DNA from: an uncultured candidatus Brocadiaceae bacterium
GTDB lineage: Bacteria > Planctomycetota > UBA1135 > UBA2386
Direction of reading: 5' to 3'
DNA: 64,000 nt
Assembly (NCBI GenBank): GCA_964418595.1
Contig: CAYQMF010000001.1
Coordinates: 92,258-156,257, forward strand
Part shown: positions 9,301-17,021 of the stretch, one piece after another
Position numbering within the stretch: the stretch's first letter is position 1
Layout: every line of letters begins with the position of its first letter
Notes under the pieces: generated by a model
Told to the model about the DNA's origin: nothing
Database searches by the model: none
What the model saw: only the letters and a program-made list of their open reading frames with translations
Position numbers and translations under genes: made by a program

Positions 9301-10759
9301 CGCGCACGTCGGCCAGGTCGTCGCCGTCGATGTCCTTGAGGAACCACAGGTCCGGCACCTGCGCCACGAGCACGCCGCCGTTCCAGAAGTCGAAGCCGGT
9401 GGGGTTGTGCAGGTCGGAGGCAAACTCGATGCAGCGGTCGGCGCGGCCGTCGCCATCGTCGTCCGGCAGGATCAGGAGCTTGTCGTTGCGCGGGGTCTTG
9501 GGCTGCCAGTGCGGGTAGGTGGGCCACGCCGTCACCCACAGCCGGCCGCGTGGGTCGACCGCGCACTGGTTGGGGTTCACCAGCGCGGGGAACTGCTCCT
9601 CCGACGCGAACAGGTTCACCTGCAGGCCCTCGGCCACGGTCATCCTCGCGATCGCCTCCTCGCCGCCGAGGAAGACGTGCGCGCCGCCGTCACCCTTGCC
9701 CTTGATGTTGGTCTCCACCGGGAGGAAGGGCGGCGTGTTCGTGTCGTCGACGGCGAAGTACTCGCCGCGCGCGCGCGCCCAGATGGCGCGGTCGCGGTTG
9801 GCGGTCATGGTGTCGAGCACCTCCAGCTCGCGGTTCATCACGTCGCGGTTGGTCTGCCCGGCGACGAACTGCAGGTCGCCACGATCGCCGTAGATCGAGT
9901 AGCCGTCGGTGGTGCGGTAGCGGTGGAACCACGCGTCGTTCTTGACGAGGACCGCGGCGCGGATCTTCGCTTCGTGCGCGGCGGCGGGGCGCGGACCGGA
10001 GAAGAGCGCGGCGTCGATGCTCTCCGCCACGCGCCGGTTGCCTTGCTTCGTCAGGCGGATGCCGTCTATGGTCCAGTCGTCACCGCCCGGCGCCCGCGTG
10101 AACAGGTCCACGAACGCCGCGCCGTGTTGCGCCGCCACGCGGCGCATCGTCTCCGTGTAGAGCTTCAGCCGCTCGTTGGTCGCGGTCACGTCGGCCTGCT
10201 GCGGAAACGGCCGCGCTTCCTGCTCGATCGGCGAGCACAACACCACGCGCGTCTCGCCCTTGCCGTAGCGGAGCTGCCGCACGTGGTGCACCCACGTGGC
10301 GAGATCGGCCTCGAACTTCGGCAGCCCGGCCTCGCCCTCGAACGACTCGTTGCGTCCGAAGAACGCGATCACCACGTCTGTCTTGCAGCGCTCCAGGTGC
10401 TGGTCGGGCGTGCCGAAGTTCTTCGAGCGCGGGCGCACGACGACCTCGTCGCCGGCGAAGCCGAGATCGCGGACCACGAGGTCGTGCTGCGGGAAGCGCG
10501 CGTGCAGGAAGGTCTCGAGCCAGCCGTCGTGCTGCATGCGCTCCGCCAGCCCGTCGCCGACGATGGCGATGTGATCGCCCGGGTTCAGGGTGAACGCCCC
10601 GGCCGCGGCGGACGCGGCGCTGCCGTGCGCGTGGTGCGCGTGCGCGCCGGCGCCGGACGCGCCCTGTGCGCTCGCACTCGCCGCCGTTGCCTCGCGGGGG
10701 CACCCGAGGACGCACGCAGCGGACAGGACGAGAATCAGCCGACTTGGGAGACGTGGCAT
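6371..10759 (-). CDS. Giant exported multidomain protein: SGNH-like / beta-propeller 'membrane-bound dehydrogenase' domain / HEAT repeats / PA14 / azurin-type cupredoxin
   Basis: ATG at 10759 with a signal peptide (MPRLPSRLILVLSAACVLG). The SGNH-like block reads HIAIVGDGLAERM...VVIAFFGRNE. The propeller region reads DPRGRLWVTAWPTYPHW...DDDGDGRADRCIEF...GGALYMQEGTFHHTG. It also has HEAT-like helices, a PA14 core and a C-terminal blue-copper site. Confidence 0.85.
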   Translation of the reverse strand: MPRLPSRLILVLSAACVLGCPREATAASASAQGASGAGAHAHHAHGSAASAAAGAFTLNPGDHIAIVGDGLAERMQHDGWLETFLHARFPQHDLVVRDLGFAGDEVVVRPRSKNFGTPDQHLERCKTDVVIAFFGRNESFEGEAGLPKFEADLATWVHHVRQLRYGKGETRVVLCSPIEQEARPFPQQADVTATNERLKLYTETMRRVAAQHGAAFVDLFTRAPGGDDWTIDGIRLTKQGNRRVAESIDAALFSGPRPAAAHEAKIRAAVLVKNDAWFHRYRTTDGYSIYGDRGDLQFVAGQTNRDVMNRELEVLDTMTANRDRAIWARARGEYFAVDDTNTPPFLPVETNIKGKGDGGAHVFLGGEEAIARMTVAEGLQVNLFASEEQFPALVNPNQCAVDPRGRLWVTAWPTYPHWQPKTPRNDKLLILPDDDGDGRADRCIEFASDLHNPTGFDFWNGGVLVAQVPDLWFLKDIDGDDLADVRVRVLSGIDSADTHHSINSFVFSPGGALYMQEGTFHHTGVETPWGPPVRSFNAGVFRYEPRSDRFEVYAAYGFANPHGHVFDRWGQDFVTDGTGAVPYWGAAISVHTEHPRKVAGAPTVYRQRTRPCGGTAILSSAHFPEAMQGNWLVSNCIGFLGILQYRFEDDGAGFQATEVEPLVSSTDSNFRPVDVEIGGDGAVYFVDWQNPIIGHMQHNLRDPSRDRVHGRVYRISNPERSRLTPKANHEASEATLMAQLAERDDPVRYRARRELSGRPPAKVLVALQAWLAALPADAPDREHLLLEALWVQQMCDAVDADHLRRVLRSPEARARAAATRVLCEVRHTAPYALDVLGEMVVDPDARVRAEVVRACSFFASARAAEIALRAASQPLDRYLRYMLRETMLTLRPQWTEAIRAGESFAKGHDAGLAWLLDMVDAADLARLPRTDAVCKALLGRAGVAASERRSALEALAQKSGRPALVELLASLRGAASDAPGATDLGALLVAWPPAELTGRLAEVQALAREAKRSDVRAAAYGAWVRASGGVASAWETASTSVAALSELLRGIAFGGELPATAGDAWARVQPLMFGVPESLAAGAPGSTGVAFSLYEEQSFPDVRRETLAALTPKAMGTVETFTHEVPGITSEPYALVLSATLSVAAPGKYTFFCASDDGSRLWVDDREVVSNDGPHGVVEKRGTIDLLVGQHPIVVTYYDAGGADHLRLAWSGPGFGKQDIPAAALSVDGSLALRRAAIAAAVRVPGQRDAKFADLAQLVRADQVRGAAVDALLQMPCAEMPAPVARVLVRDLLRIATAAAPAEREAEAWKRVVRLTEQLAGALPAAEATPVRASLTAINPQVVELRTVPEKMRYDQEEFAVTAGRPVRLVLRNPDAMQHNLLILAPGSLEAIGALADVMGADGFAKNFVPQDPRVLHSIRLLNPGESATLEFTAPSTPGDYPYVCTFPGHWRIMRGVMHVRP
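6374..6736 (-). other. Azurin-type type-1 copper (cupredoxin) domain within the giant protein
   Basis: aa ~1342-1462. The upstream His is in NPDAMQHNLL. The site YVCTFPGHWRIM has Cys-x4-His-x3-Met, the same spacing as the azurin ligands Cys112/His117/Met121. Confidence 0.7.
7115..7498 (-). other. PA14 domain within the giant protein
   Basis: aa ~1088-1215: KYTFFCASDDGSRLWVDDREVVSNDG...VGQHPIVVTYYDAGGADHLRLAWSGPGF, the typical PA14 pattern. Confidence 0.7.
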
Positions 10760-10803
10760 GGGGACGCACAGCGTCCCGCCGCCGGGCGGTCAAGTCGAGG
10801 CCT

Positions 10804-12306
10804 TCAGCGCTGATAGATCTCGATGTCGGTCGGGCCGCCGCCCATCACCATCACCGTGCCGTCCGGCAGGTTGGCGGTGACCGGGAACAGCCGCGGCGCC
10901 GCCATGGATCCCGTCGGCGCAAGCGTGTTGGGCCCCTGCGAGAACACGTCGGCCGACGACGTGGCGGTCGCCTCGAAGGTCATGGTGCCGAGGTCGAAGG
11001 TCACCCGGAACCCGCCCGCGATGAGCGCCCGCCCGCCGGGCAGCGCCGCGATGGCCGCACCGGCGCGACCTTCCTGCATGCCGTTGACCGTCGTGAACGT
11101 GCCGAAGCCGAGGAAGCTCGACGTGTAGAGCTGACAGTCGGTGCGCGTGCCGACGATGATGTCGGCGATGTTGAGGGTCTGCAGGAACTGCGTGAGGTCG
11201 AGCGTCAGGCCACCCGCGAGCAGCACCCTCCCGTCGCTCAGCCCGACCGCGCTGTGCAGGAAGCGTGCGCCGTTCATGAACGCGGGCAGGCCGAAGCTGC
11301 CGCTCGTCGGGTTGAAGCGGTACGCCGTCGCCGACACGGTCGGCAGGTTGACGATCGGGATGAGCGTGAGTCCGCCGGTGATGAGCACCTGGCCGTTGCT
11401 GAGGCTGCTCGACGAGTGCAGCGCGCGCGCCTCGAGCATGTTGGGTCCCGGCGCGAACGTGTTCGTCGCGGGATCGAAGATCTCCGTCGACGCGCGGATG
11501 CCCGCGAACAACTGCAGGGGATCGGTGAGCGTCAGGACCTCGAAGCCACCGGTGATGAGCACGCGGCCGTTCCCCATGAGCGAGGCGCCGTGGCCGGCGC
11601 GCGCGATGCCCATCGCCAGCGTCGTCGTCTGCTGGGTGGCGGGGTCGTACACCGCCGCCGCCGCGGTCGGCTGGCCGTCGAGGCCCATGCCGCCGGTGAA
11701 CAGCACGCGGCCATCGGCCAGCCCGGTGGTCTGCGACAGCAGGCCGACGCCGAACGTCACGCCGGAGAGCGTCCAGTCCTCCGTGCGCGACGCGAAGCGC
11801 TGCGCGACCGGACCGGAGCCGCCGACGAAGAGCAACTCGTTGTTCGCGCTGCGCGCCACGCCGCCGCCGAGGATCGGGACCGACGGCTGGTGCAGCGCCC
11901 GCTTGAAGGTGCCCGGCACCTGCGGCGTGATCCGCACGAGGTTCGACGTGACGAGGGGGTCACCGCCGATCGCCTGCAGCGAGAGCACGATGTTCTCGAG
12001 CGCCGGCAGGTCGGGCAGGACGAGGCTCGGTGCCGCCTGACCCGAGGCCGGGAACACGCCGAGGAACCCCGGCAGGGCGAGGCACGCGTCGACGAGTTCG
12101 AGCCCGACGTCGACGGTGATGCCGAGGCCGGGGACCGGCGTCCTGGTCTCGACGGTCGAGAGCAGGAGCAGGTACGGCCCCTGCGCGGGCCCGGTCATCG
12201 GGAAGGTCGACACCCCGGGGACGGCGCCGCCGGTCTTGTCGAGGGTGATCTGGGCGCTCAGCGGGAGCGTGAGCGCGAGAACGCAGGCGAGCTGGGATGG
12301 GCGCAT
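10804..12306 (-). CDS. Secreted Kelch-repeat protein with N-terminal shared module
   Basis: The start is the ATG at 12306 (MRPSQLACVLALTLPLSAQ). The track ORF 10804..13917 is over-extended. Kelch-like blade motifs recur: DGRVLFTGG, NGRVLITGG, NGQVLITGG, DGRVLLAGG, GGRALIAGG, DGTVMVMGG. Confidence 0.8.
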   Translation of the reverse strand: MRPSQLACVLALTLPLSAQITLDKTGGAVPGVSTFPMTGPAQGPYLLLLSTVETRTPVPGLGITVDVGLELVDACLALPGFLGVFPASGQAAPSLVLPDLPALENIVLSLQAIGGDPLVTSNLVRITPQVPGTFKRALHQPSVPILGGGVARSANNELLFVGGSGPVAQRFASRTEDWTLSGVTFGVGLLSQTTGLADGRVLFTGGMGLDGQPTAAAAVYDPATQQTTTLAMGIARAGHGASLMGNGRVLITGGFEVLTLTDPLQLFAGIRASTEIFDPATNTFAPGPNMLEARALHSSSSLSNGQVLITGGLTLIPIVNLPTVSATAYRFNPTSGSFGLPAFMNGARFLHSAVGLSDGRVLLAGGLTLDLTQFLQTLNIADIIVGTRTDCQLYTSSFLGFGTFTTVNGMQEGRAGAAIAALPGGRALIAGGFRVTFDLGTMTFEATATSSADVFSQGPNTLAPTGSMAAPRLFPVTANLPDGTVMVMGGGPTDIEIYQR

Positions 12307-12471
12307 GGGGGGACGGGCGCGTGGGCGGGCGGCGGAGGATCTTGCCACGGAAACCCGACCGTGTCCCAGCCCGGGCGGCGGATCCTCCGCAGGCGCGCGC
12401 AATGACCGATGGCACCGGCCTCCGGCAGCGCCATGTCGGCCCTGGAACGACTCGCTGCTACCCTGCCATGC

Positions 12472-12708
12472 ATGGCCAAGTCCGCATGCCCTCTGTCGCA
12501 AGCCCAGTTCCTCGAACACGCCCAGCCGCTCGAGATCGTCATCAACGGTCAGACGATGCTCGCCGAGGTGAAGGCGTTCTCCACCGGTTCGTTCGGTTGG
12601 TACCTCAACGGCAAGACCATGATCGCCGTCGACGGCAAGCCGGTGTCGGTGCAGATCGGCATGAACCTCACCATCGTCGGCAGCAAGGAGGCCCCGCGCG
12701 GCGGGTGA
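12472..12708 (+). CDS. Small hypothetical protein (78 aa)
   Basis: ATG at 12472 (MAKSACPLSQAQFLEHAQP...). The frame is GC3-rich. The beta-rich core reads KAFSTGSFGWYLNGKTMIAVDGKPVSVQIGMNLTIVGSK. I can name no family. The track ORF starts at 12409. Confidence 0.55.
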   Translation: MAKSACPLSQAQFLEHAQPLEIVINGQTMLAEVKAFSTGSFGWYLNGKTMIAVDGKPVSVQIGMNLTIVGSKEAPRGG

Positions 12709-12744
12709 GCCTTCGCGACGCAACCCCGAAGACGGATTCACACC

Positions 12745-13584
12745 ATGAGCTTCGAGACCAACGAGATCAGCCTCGCGCAGCGCGCGTCCTGGAACAGGTT
12801 CTCCCCCGGCTGGAAGAAGTGGGACGCGCACACGATGGCGTTCCTCGCGCCGCACGGGGACGCGATCGTCGACTACCTCGCCCCCGGCGGCACACAGGTG
12901 ATCCTCGACATCGCCGCGGGCACGGGCGAGCCGGGGCTGAGCATCGCGCGCCGGCTGCGCGGCGGACGCGTCGTGATCACCGACCTCGCCGACGGGATGC
13001 TCGCGGTCGCCAAGGAGAAGGCCGCGCGCGCCGGCGTGACGAACGTGGAGTTCCGCGAGGCCGACGCCTGCGCGCTGCCCTTCCCCGACAACACGTTCGA
13101 CGCGGTGAGCTGCCGGCTCGGCTACATGTTCTTCCCCGACATGGCCATCGCGGCGCGTGAGATGGCGCGCGTGGTCAAGCCGGGCGGCAGGGTGGCGACC
13201 ACCGTGTGGGGCGCGCCGGAGCGCAACTTCTGGGTGACCTGCATGGTGCAGAACATCGGCAAGCACATGGACGTGCCGCCGACGCCGCCCGGCGCGCCGG
13301 GCATGTTCCGCTGCGCGCAGCCGGGGCTGATCGCGGGCTTGTTCAAGACCGCGGGCCTCAGTGGCGTCGCCGAACGCGAGGTGCCCTGCACCGTCGGGCT
13401 CAGCGGGCCGGCGGAGTACTGGGAGATGGTGACGGAGATCTCCGCCCCGTTCGTGGGTCTGCTCAGCAAGGCCGACGCCGCGACCGTGGCGCGGATCAAG
13501 GCGGGCGTCCTCGCCGCCATGGGTGAGCGCCACCCCGACGGCAAGATCCCCGCGTGCGGCATCCTCATCACGGGCCGCAAGTGA
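12745..13584 (+). CDS. Class I SAM-dependent methyltransferase
   Basis: Motif I is VILDIAAGTGEPG. The acidic post-I residue is in VVITDLADGM. Motif III reads FDAVSCRLGYMFFPD. The protein is 279 aa. Confidence 0.85.
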   Translation: MSFETNEISLAQRASWNRFSPGWKKWDAHTMAFLAPHGDAIVDYLAPGGTQVILDIAAGTGEPGLSIARRLRGGRVVITDLADGMLAVAKEKAARAGVTNVEFREADACALPFPDNTFDAVSCRLGYMFFPDMAIAAREMARVVKPGGRVATTVWGAPERNFWVTCMVQNIGKHMDVPPTPPGAPGMFRCAQPGLIAGLFKTAGLSGVAEREVPCTVGLSGPAEYWEMVTEISAPFVGLLSKADAATVARIKAGVLAAMGERHPDGKIPACGILITGRK

Positions 13585-13603
13585 CCATTCGACGGATCCA
13601 CGA

Positions 13604-15682
13604 TCAGCGGATCTTGCCGAGCGCCGCCTGCGCGCGGCTGCGCACCTCGGGCGCGAGCGTCGGTTCACGCAGGAGCGCCTCGAGCACGGGGCGTGCGTCG
13701 GCGGCGCGCCCCTGCCCAACCAGGATCTCGCCGGCGTAGAGGCGAGCGCGGACGCCGGTGGCGTCGACCTGCTCCGCGGCGGGCAGCACGCCCAGAAGAA
13801 CGAGCCAGCGCTGCGCGATCCCCGGCAGCTCCACCGGCGTGAGGCGTCCCGACTCGTGCGCGAACAGGCCGCGCCGCAGTTCGAAGCGTGGGTCCGTCGG
13901 GTAGCGACGCACCGCATCGTCGAGCATGCGGGTGTACGTCTCCGGCGCCACGCGGCCGAGCGTCAGGTCGAGGAGCGCGACGCGCGCGTAGTAGTGGTCG
14001 GGCAGGGCAGCGAGCGTCTCCTGGCACACGGTCACCGCCGCCTCGACCTTGCCGCGCTGTTGCAGGATGCGGATGAGGCCCTCCGCGAGGCGCGCTTGCG
14101 AGCCGGAATGCGCGACGTGCTTCGTCGCCAGCGCCCGGCGCAGGTTCGCCTCCGCGCCCTCGACGTCGCCCTGCGTGGCCAGCAGCGCCGCGAGGTTGCC
14201 GAAGCCGCCGGAGTGCTCCGGGTCTGCGGCGATGGCGCGCTCGAAGTAGGCCCGCGCCCGCGCCGGGTCGGTGCCGAGCAGCGTGTAGCCCGCCTTCACC
14301 TGCAGGTCGGCGCTCGCGGGCGTACGGTCGGCATCGGTGCAGAGCAGCGTCGTCGAGTCGCGCCACGCGCCGTTGCGCGCGAGGATCACCGCTGCGTGTG
14401 CGACGCCGAGCGCGAGCAGGGCGATCACGGCCGCGCGCCGCGCAGGCGAACCTTCGCGCAGCTTCGCCACCGCCCACGCTGCGAACAGGCACACGCCGAG
14501 GCTCGGCACGTAGTAGCCGCGCTCGCCGAAGATCGTGCCGACGGCGACGGGGATGTTCGAACCGATGAACGAGAAGCCGAGGAACACAGTGGCGCCGAGG
14601 AACAGGAGCGGCTGGCGCCGCCGCAACCGAAGCGCGAGCGCGAGCCACGCCCCGAGCACGCCGAGCGCCGCCAGGAAACCCGGCGCCAGCGGCGAAGTGA
14701 GTACTGGCAGGGCGCCAGGCCCGTAGATCGACGAGAGCCCGTACGGGACGACACACTTGAGCAGGCCGAAGCCCAGGAGCGCGACCGCGGTGAGGACGCG
14801 CGGACCGGCGCCGGTGTGGGCGAGCGGGTTGTGTTCGTACGCCGGCAGGTACGCAGCCATGTCGCCGACGACGACCTGGCGCAGCACGAAGAACAGGACG
14901 AGCGGCGGCCCGAGCGCGATGGCCAGCGCCTTGCCTCGCGTGCGCAGGAGCTGCGCGAGCGTCAGTGGCTCGCCGGCGAGCCAGGCCTTCGCCAGCAGAT
15001 GGCAGACGAGGAACGGCGCCCACGCCAGCGCGCTCTCCTTGGCGCCGAAGGTCAGGAAGAAGACGAATGCCGCCGCGGCCACGCGCCCGCGATCGAACAG
15101 GCGCAGGGCCGACAACCCGAGCGCCATGCCCATCGGATCCGCGCGTCCCACGATCCCGGCGACGGACTCGCTGTGGATGCCGCAGACGGCGAACCCGCCC
15201 GCGGCGAGCAGCGCGACGAAGGCGCCCGCGCCGAGGTCGCGCAGCCAGCGCCACACCAGGAACACCGCGAGCACGTGCACCAGCACGTTGAACAGGTGCT
15301 GCGGCAACGCCTCGAGGTTCGCCGGCAGGAGCGGCGCCGCAATCAGGTTGTAGACGAGCGCGAAGCTCAGGATCGTCGTGGGCCGGTACTCGAACGACGC
15401 GGCGGCACTGCCGGCGGTGTACTTCTGGCCGAAGTACCACCAGGGTTCCTTCAGGCCGGCGATGACCTGGTGCGGCTTGCCGTCGGGCCCGACCGCCTGC
15501 GCGAACGACGCGTCGTCGAGCGCGAAGCCGTTGCCGAGCGAGGGCGCAAAGACCAGGAACGCAACGGCGAGGACGACCAGCAGGATCCGCTTCTCGAGAG
15601 GCTCGGGCAAGGCGCGGATCGTAGACGGCGCACGCGCACTAGCCGACGCAACCTTGACGACTTCGCGGCGCACCATCACCAT
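13604..15682 (-). CDS. GT-C-fold membrane glycosyltransferase (PMT/TMTC-like) with C-terminal TPR repeats
   Basis: The start is the ATG at 15682 (MVMVRREVV...), with an alternative ATG at 15721. It has about 11 hydrophobic segments and a first-loop acidic motif, GNGFALDDASF. The C-terminal TPR-like region reads ARAYFERAIAADPEHSGGFGNLAALLATQGDVEGAEANLRRAL. The track ORF 13604..16774 is over-extended. Confidence 0.75.
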   Translation of the reverse strand: MVMVRREVVKVASASARAPSTIRALPEPLEKRILLVVLAVAFLVFAPSLGNGFALDDASFAQAVGPDGKPHQVIAGLKEPWWYFGQKYTAGSAAASFEYRPTTILSFALVYNLIAAPLLPANLEALPQHLFNVLVHVLAVFLVWRWLRDLGAGAFVALLAAGGFAVCGIHSESVAGIVGRADPMGMALGLSALRLFDRGRVAAAAFVFFLTFGAKESALAWAPFLVCHLLAKAWLAGEPLTLAQLLRTRGKALAIALGPPLVLFFVLRQVVVGDMAAYLPAYEHNPLAHTGAGPRVLTAVALLGFGLLKCVVPYGLSSIYGPGALPVLTSPLAPGFLAALGVLGAWLALALRLRRRQPLLFLGATVFLGFSFIGSNIPVAVGTIFGERGYYVPSLGVCLFAAWAVAKLREGSPARRAAVIALLALGVAHAAVILARNGAWRDSTTLLCTDADRTPASADLQVKAGYTLLGTDPARARAYFERAIAADPEHSGGFGNLAALLATQGDVEGAEANLRRALATKHVAHSGSQARLAEGLIRILQQRGKVEAAVTVCQETLAALPDHYYARVALLDLTLGRVAPETYTRMLDDAVRRYPTDPRFELRRGLFAHESGRLTPVELPGIAQRWLVLLGVLPAAEQVDATGVRARLYAGEILVGQGRAADARPVLEALLREPTLAPEVRSRAQAALGKIR

Positions 15683-15724
15683 GCGCCGGCGCCGGTGCCC
15701 ACCTCGCGTCGGCGCCGACATCCC

Positions 15725-16990
15725 GTGCCGCCGACGAGCCCCGCGCCCGACTCCACTCCCGCCCTCGCCGGAGCGCCCCTCGCACTGGGGCGCTCCCGTT
15801 GGGAAGTCGCGGGCCTGTGGGTGTGGGGACTCCTGGCACTGGGCATCGCCATCCGCATCGGCCTGGTCGAAGCCGACCCGCGCCGCAACAACGTCTACCT
15901 CAAGGTGTTCGCCGAGGCGGGCGACGCGTTCGCGCAGGGTCGCAGTCTCTACTACCTGCCAGACGGCACGAGGACCGGCTTCCGCTACCCGCCGTTGACC
16001 GCCGCGGTCTTCACGCCGTTCGCGTTGTGCGGGCCGATCGTCGGCAGCCTGTTGTGGCGCGCGCTCAACTTCGGCGTGCTCCTGGCGGGCCTGCGCGCGT
16101 GCTTCCGCGCCGGCTTCCCGTGCCGGCTCGACAGCGCACCCCGCGGCGTGCTCCTCGTGCTGGTGGCGCTGGCGGGGATCACGAGCTTCAACAACGGGCA
16201 GACGAACCCGCTGGTGCTGGGCCTGTTCCTGCTCGCGACGACCGCCACGCTGGCGGGGCGCGCGCTCGGGCCAGCGGTGGCCACGGGGACCGGCGTCATC
16301 CTCAAGCTCTACCCCATCGCCTATGCCGGCGTCCTCGGGGCGCTGCGGCCGCGGCAGATCCTGTGGCTCGTGCCCGTGCTTGGCCTCGGCCTGCTGCTGC
16401 CGTTCGCGCTGCAGGACAGCCAGTACATCGCCGACCAGTACCGCGACCTGCAGACCCTCCTGCAGGCGGAGGACCGCAGCCAGGATGGCCTGTGGAACCG
16501 CTACCGCGACCTGCGGCTGGTCACCGAATCGCTGGGGTTTCTGCTGCCGGAGCGGGTGTTCCAGGTGCTGCAGGTCATCGGCGGCGGCGCCATCGTGGGC
16601 CTGTGCCTCTGGCTGCGGCGCGCCGGCGCGCAGCCGAAGCTGGTTCTGGACTACGCGTTCTCGCTGACGATGTGCTGGTTCATGCTGCTCGGCCCGGCGA
16701 CCGAGAAGGCCACCTACATCCTCGTCGCCCCGAGCGTCGTCTGGCCCCTGCTCCAGGTCTGGCCCGACCGGCATCGCCGGCGAGGCACCTGCGCCGCGCT
16801 GGTGGTGGCGAACGCGTGCATGCTGACGTCGCTCTTCCCCATCGACCTCAGCCGCACCTCGGATCAGGTCTGGCGCTGGTGCTTCCTGCCGTACGCGGTC
16901 CTGATCCTGACGCTGGTCCTCGGCTGCCGCGCCGCCGACGATCTGCGCCAGCTCCGTCGCGGCGAACCATCGCGGCGGGCCGTCACCTGA
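15725..16990 (+). CDS. GT87/DUF2029-like polytopic membrane glycosyltransferase
   Basis: It is the real part of track ORF 13523..16990. There is no in-frame ATG; the candidate GTG starts are 15695 and 15725. It has many TM segments and a DUF2029-like FRYPPLTAAVFTPFA motif. The exact start is uncertain. Confidence 0.65.
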   Translation: MPPTSPAPDSTPALAGAPLALGRSRWEVAGLWVWGLLALGIAIRIGLVEADPRRNNVYLKVFAEAGDAFAQGRSLYYLPDGTRTGFRYPPLTAAVFTPFALCGPIVGSLLWRALNFGVLLAGLRACFRAGFPCRLDSAPRGVLLVLVALAGITSFNNGQTNPLVLGLFLLATTATLAGRALGPAVATGTGVILKLYPIAYAGVLGALRPRQILWLVPVLGLGLLLPFALQDSQYIADQYRDLQTLLQAEDRSQDGLWNRYRDLRLVTESLGFLLPERVFQVLQVIGGGAIVGLCLWLRRAGAQPKLVLDYAFSLTMCWFMLLGPATEKATYILVAPSVVWPLLQVWPDRHRRRGTCAALVVANACMLTSLFPIDLSRTSDQVWRWCFLPYAVLILTLVLGCRAADDLRQLRRGEPSRRAVT

Positions 16991-17021
16991 TCCGACCCCG
17001 ACCCCCGCTCCCCGCCCCGTC

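Noticed and set aside
7391-10813. A 1140-aa plus-strand ORF, together with other very long ORFs opposite or out of frame with called genes: 290..2122(-), 10666..12405(+), 24506..27268(-), 33608..36421(-), 33928..36690(+), 40599..42047(-), 52913..56383(-) and 60174..62363(+).
   Set aside because: Their translations are monotonous Arg/Ala/Gly/Pro/His-rich strings without motifs. They lie exactly antisense to, or frame-shifted from, genes with clear family signatures and G/C-dominated third positions. This is the classic stop-codon-poor shadow-ORF artefact of a ~70-75% GC genome.
10804-13917. Over-extended 5' parts of track ORFs: 10804..13917, 4890..6836, 13604..16774, 13523..16990, 32831..36667, 47910..50015, 52205..55285, 27400..29562, 18704..19741 and 38431..40059.
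   Set aside because: The upstream extensions overlap neighbouring well-supported genes and are low-complexity. They also precede an internal start that yields a canonical signal peptide or a conserved N-terminus. I trimmed each to that internal start.
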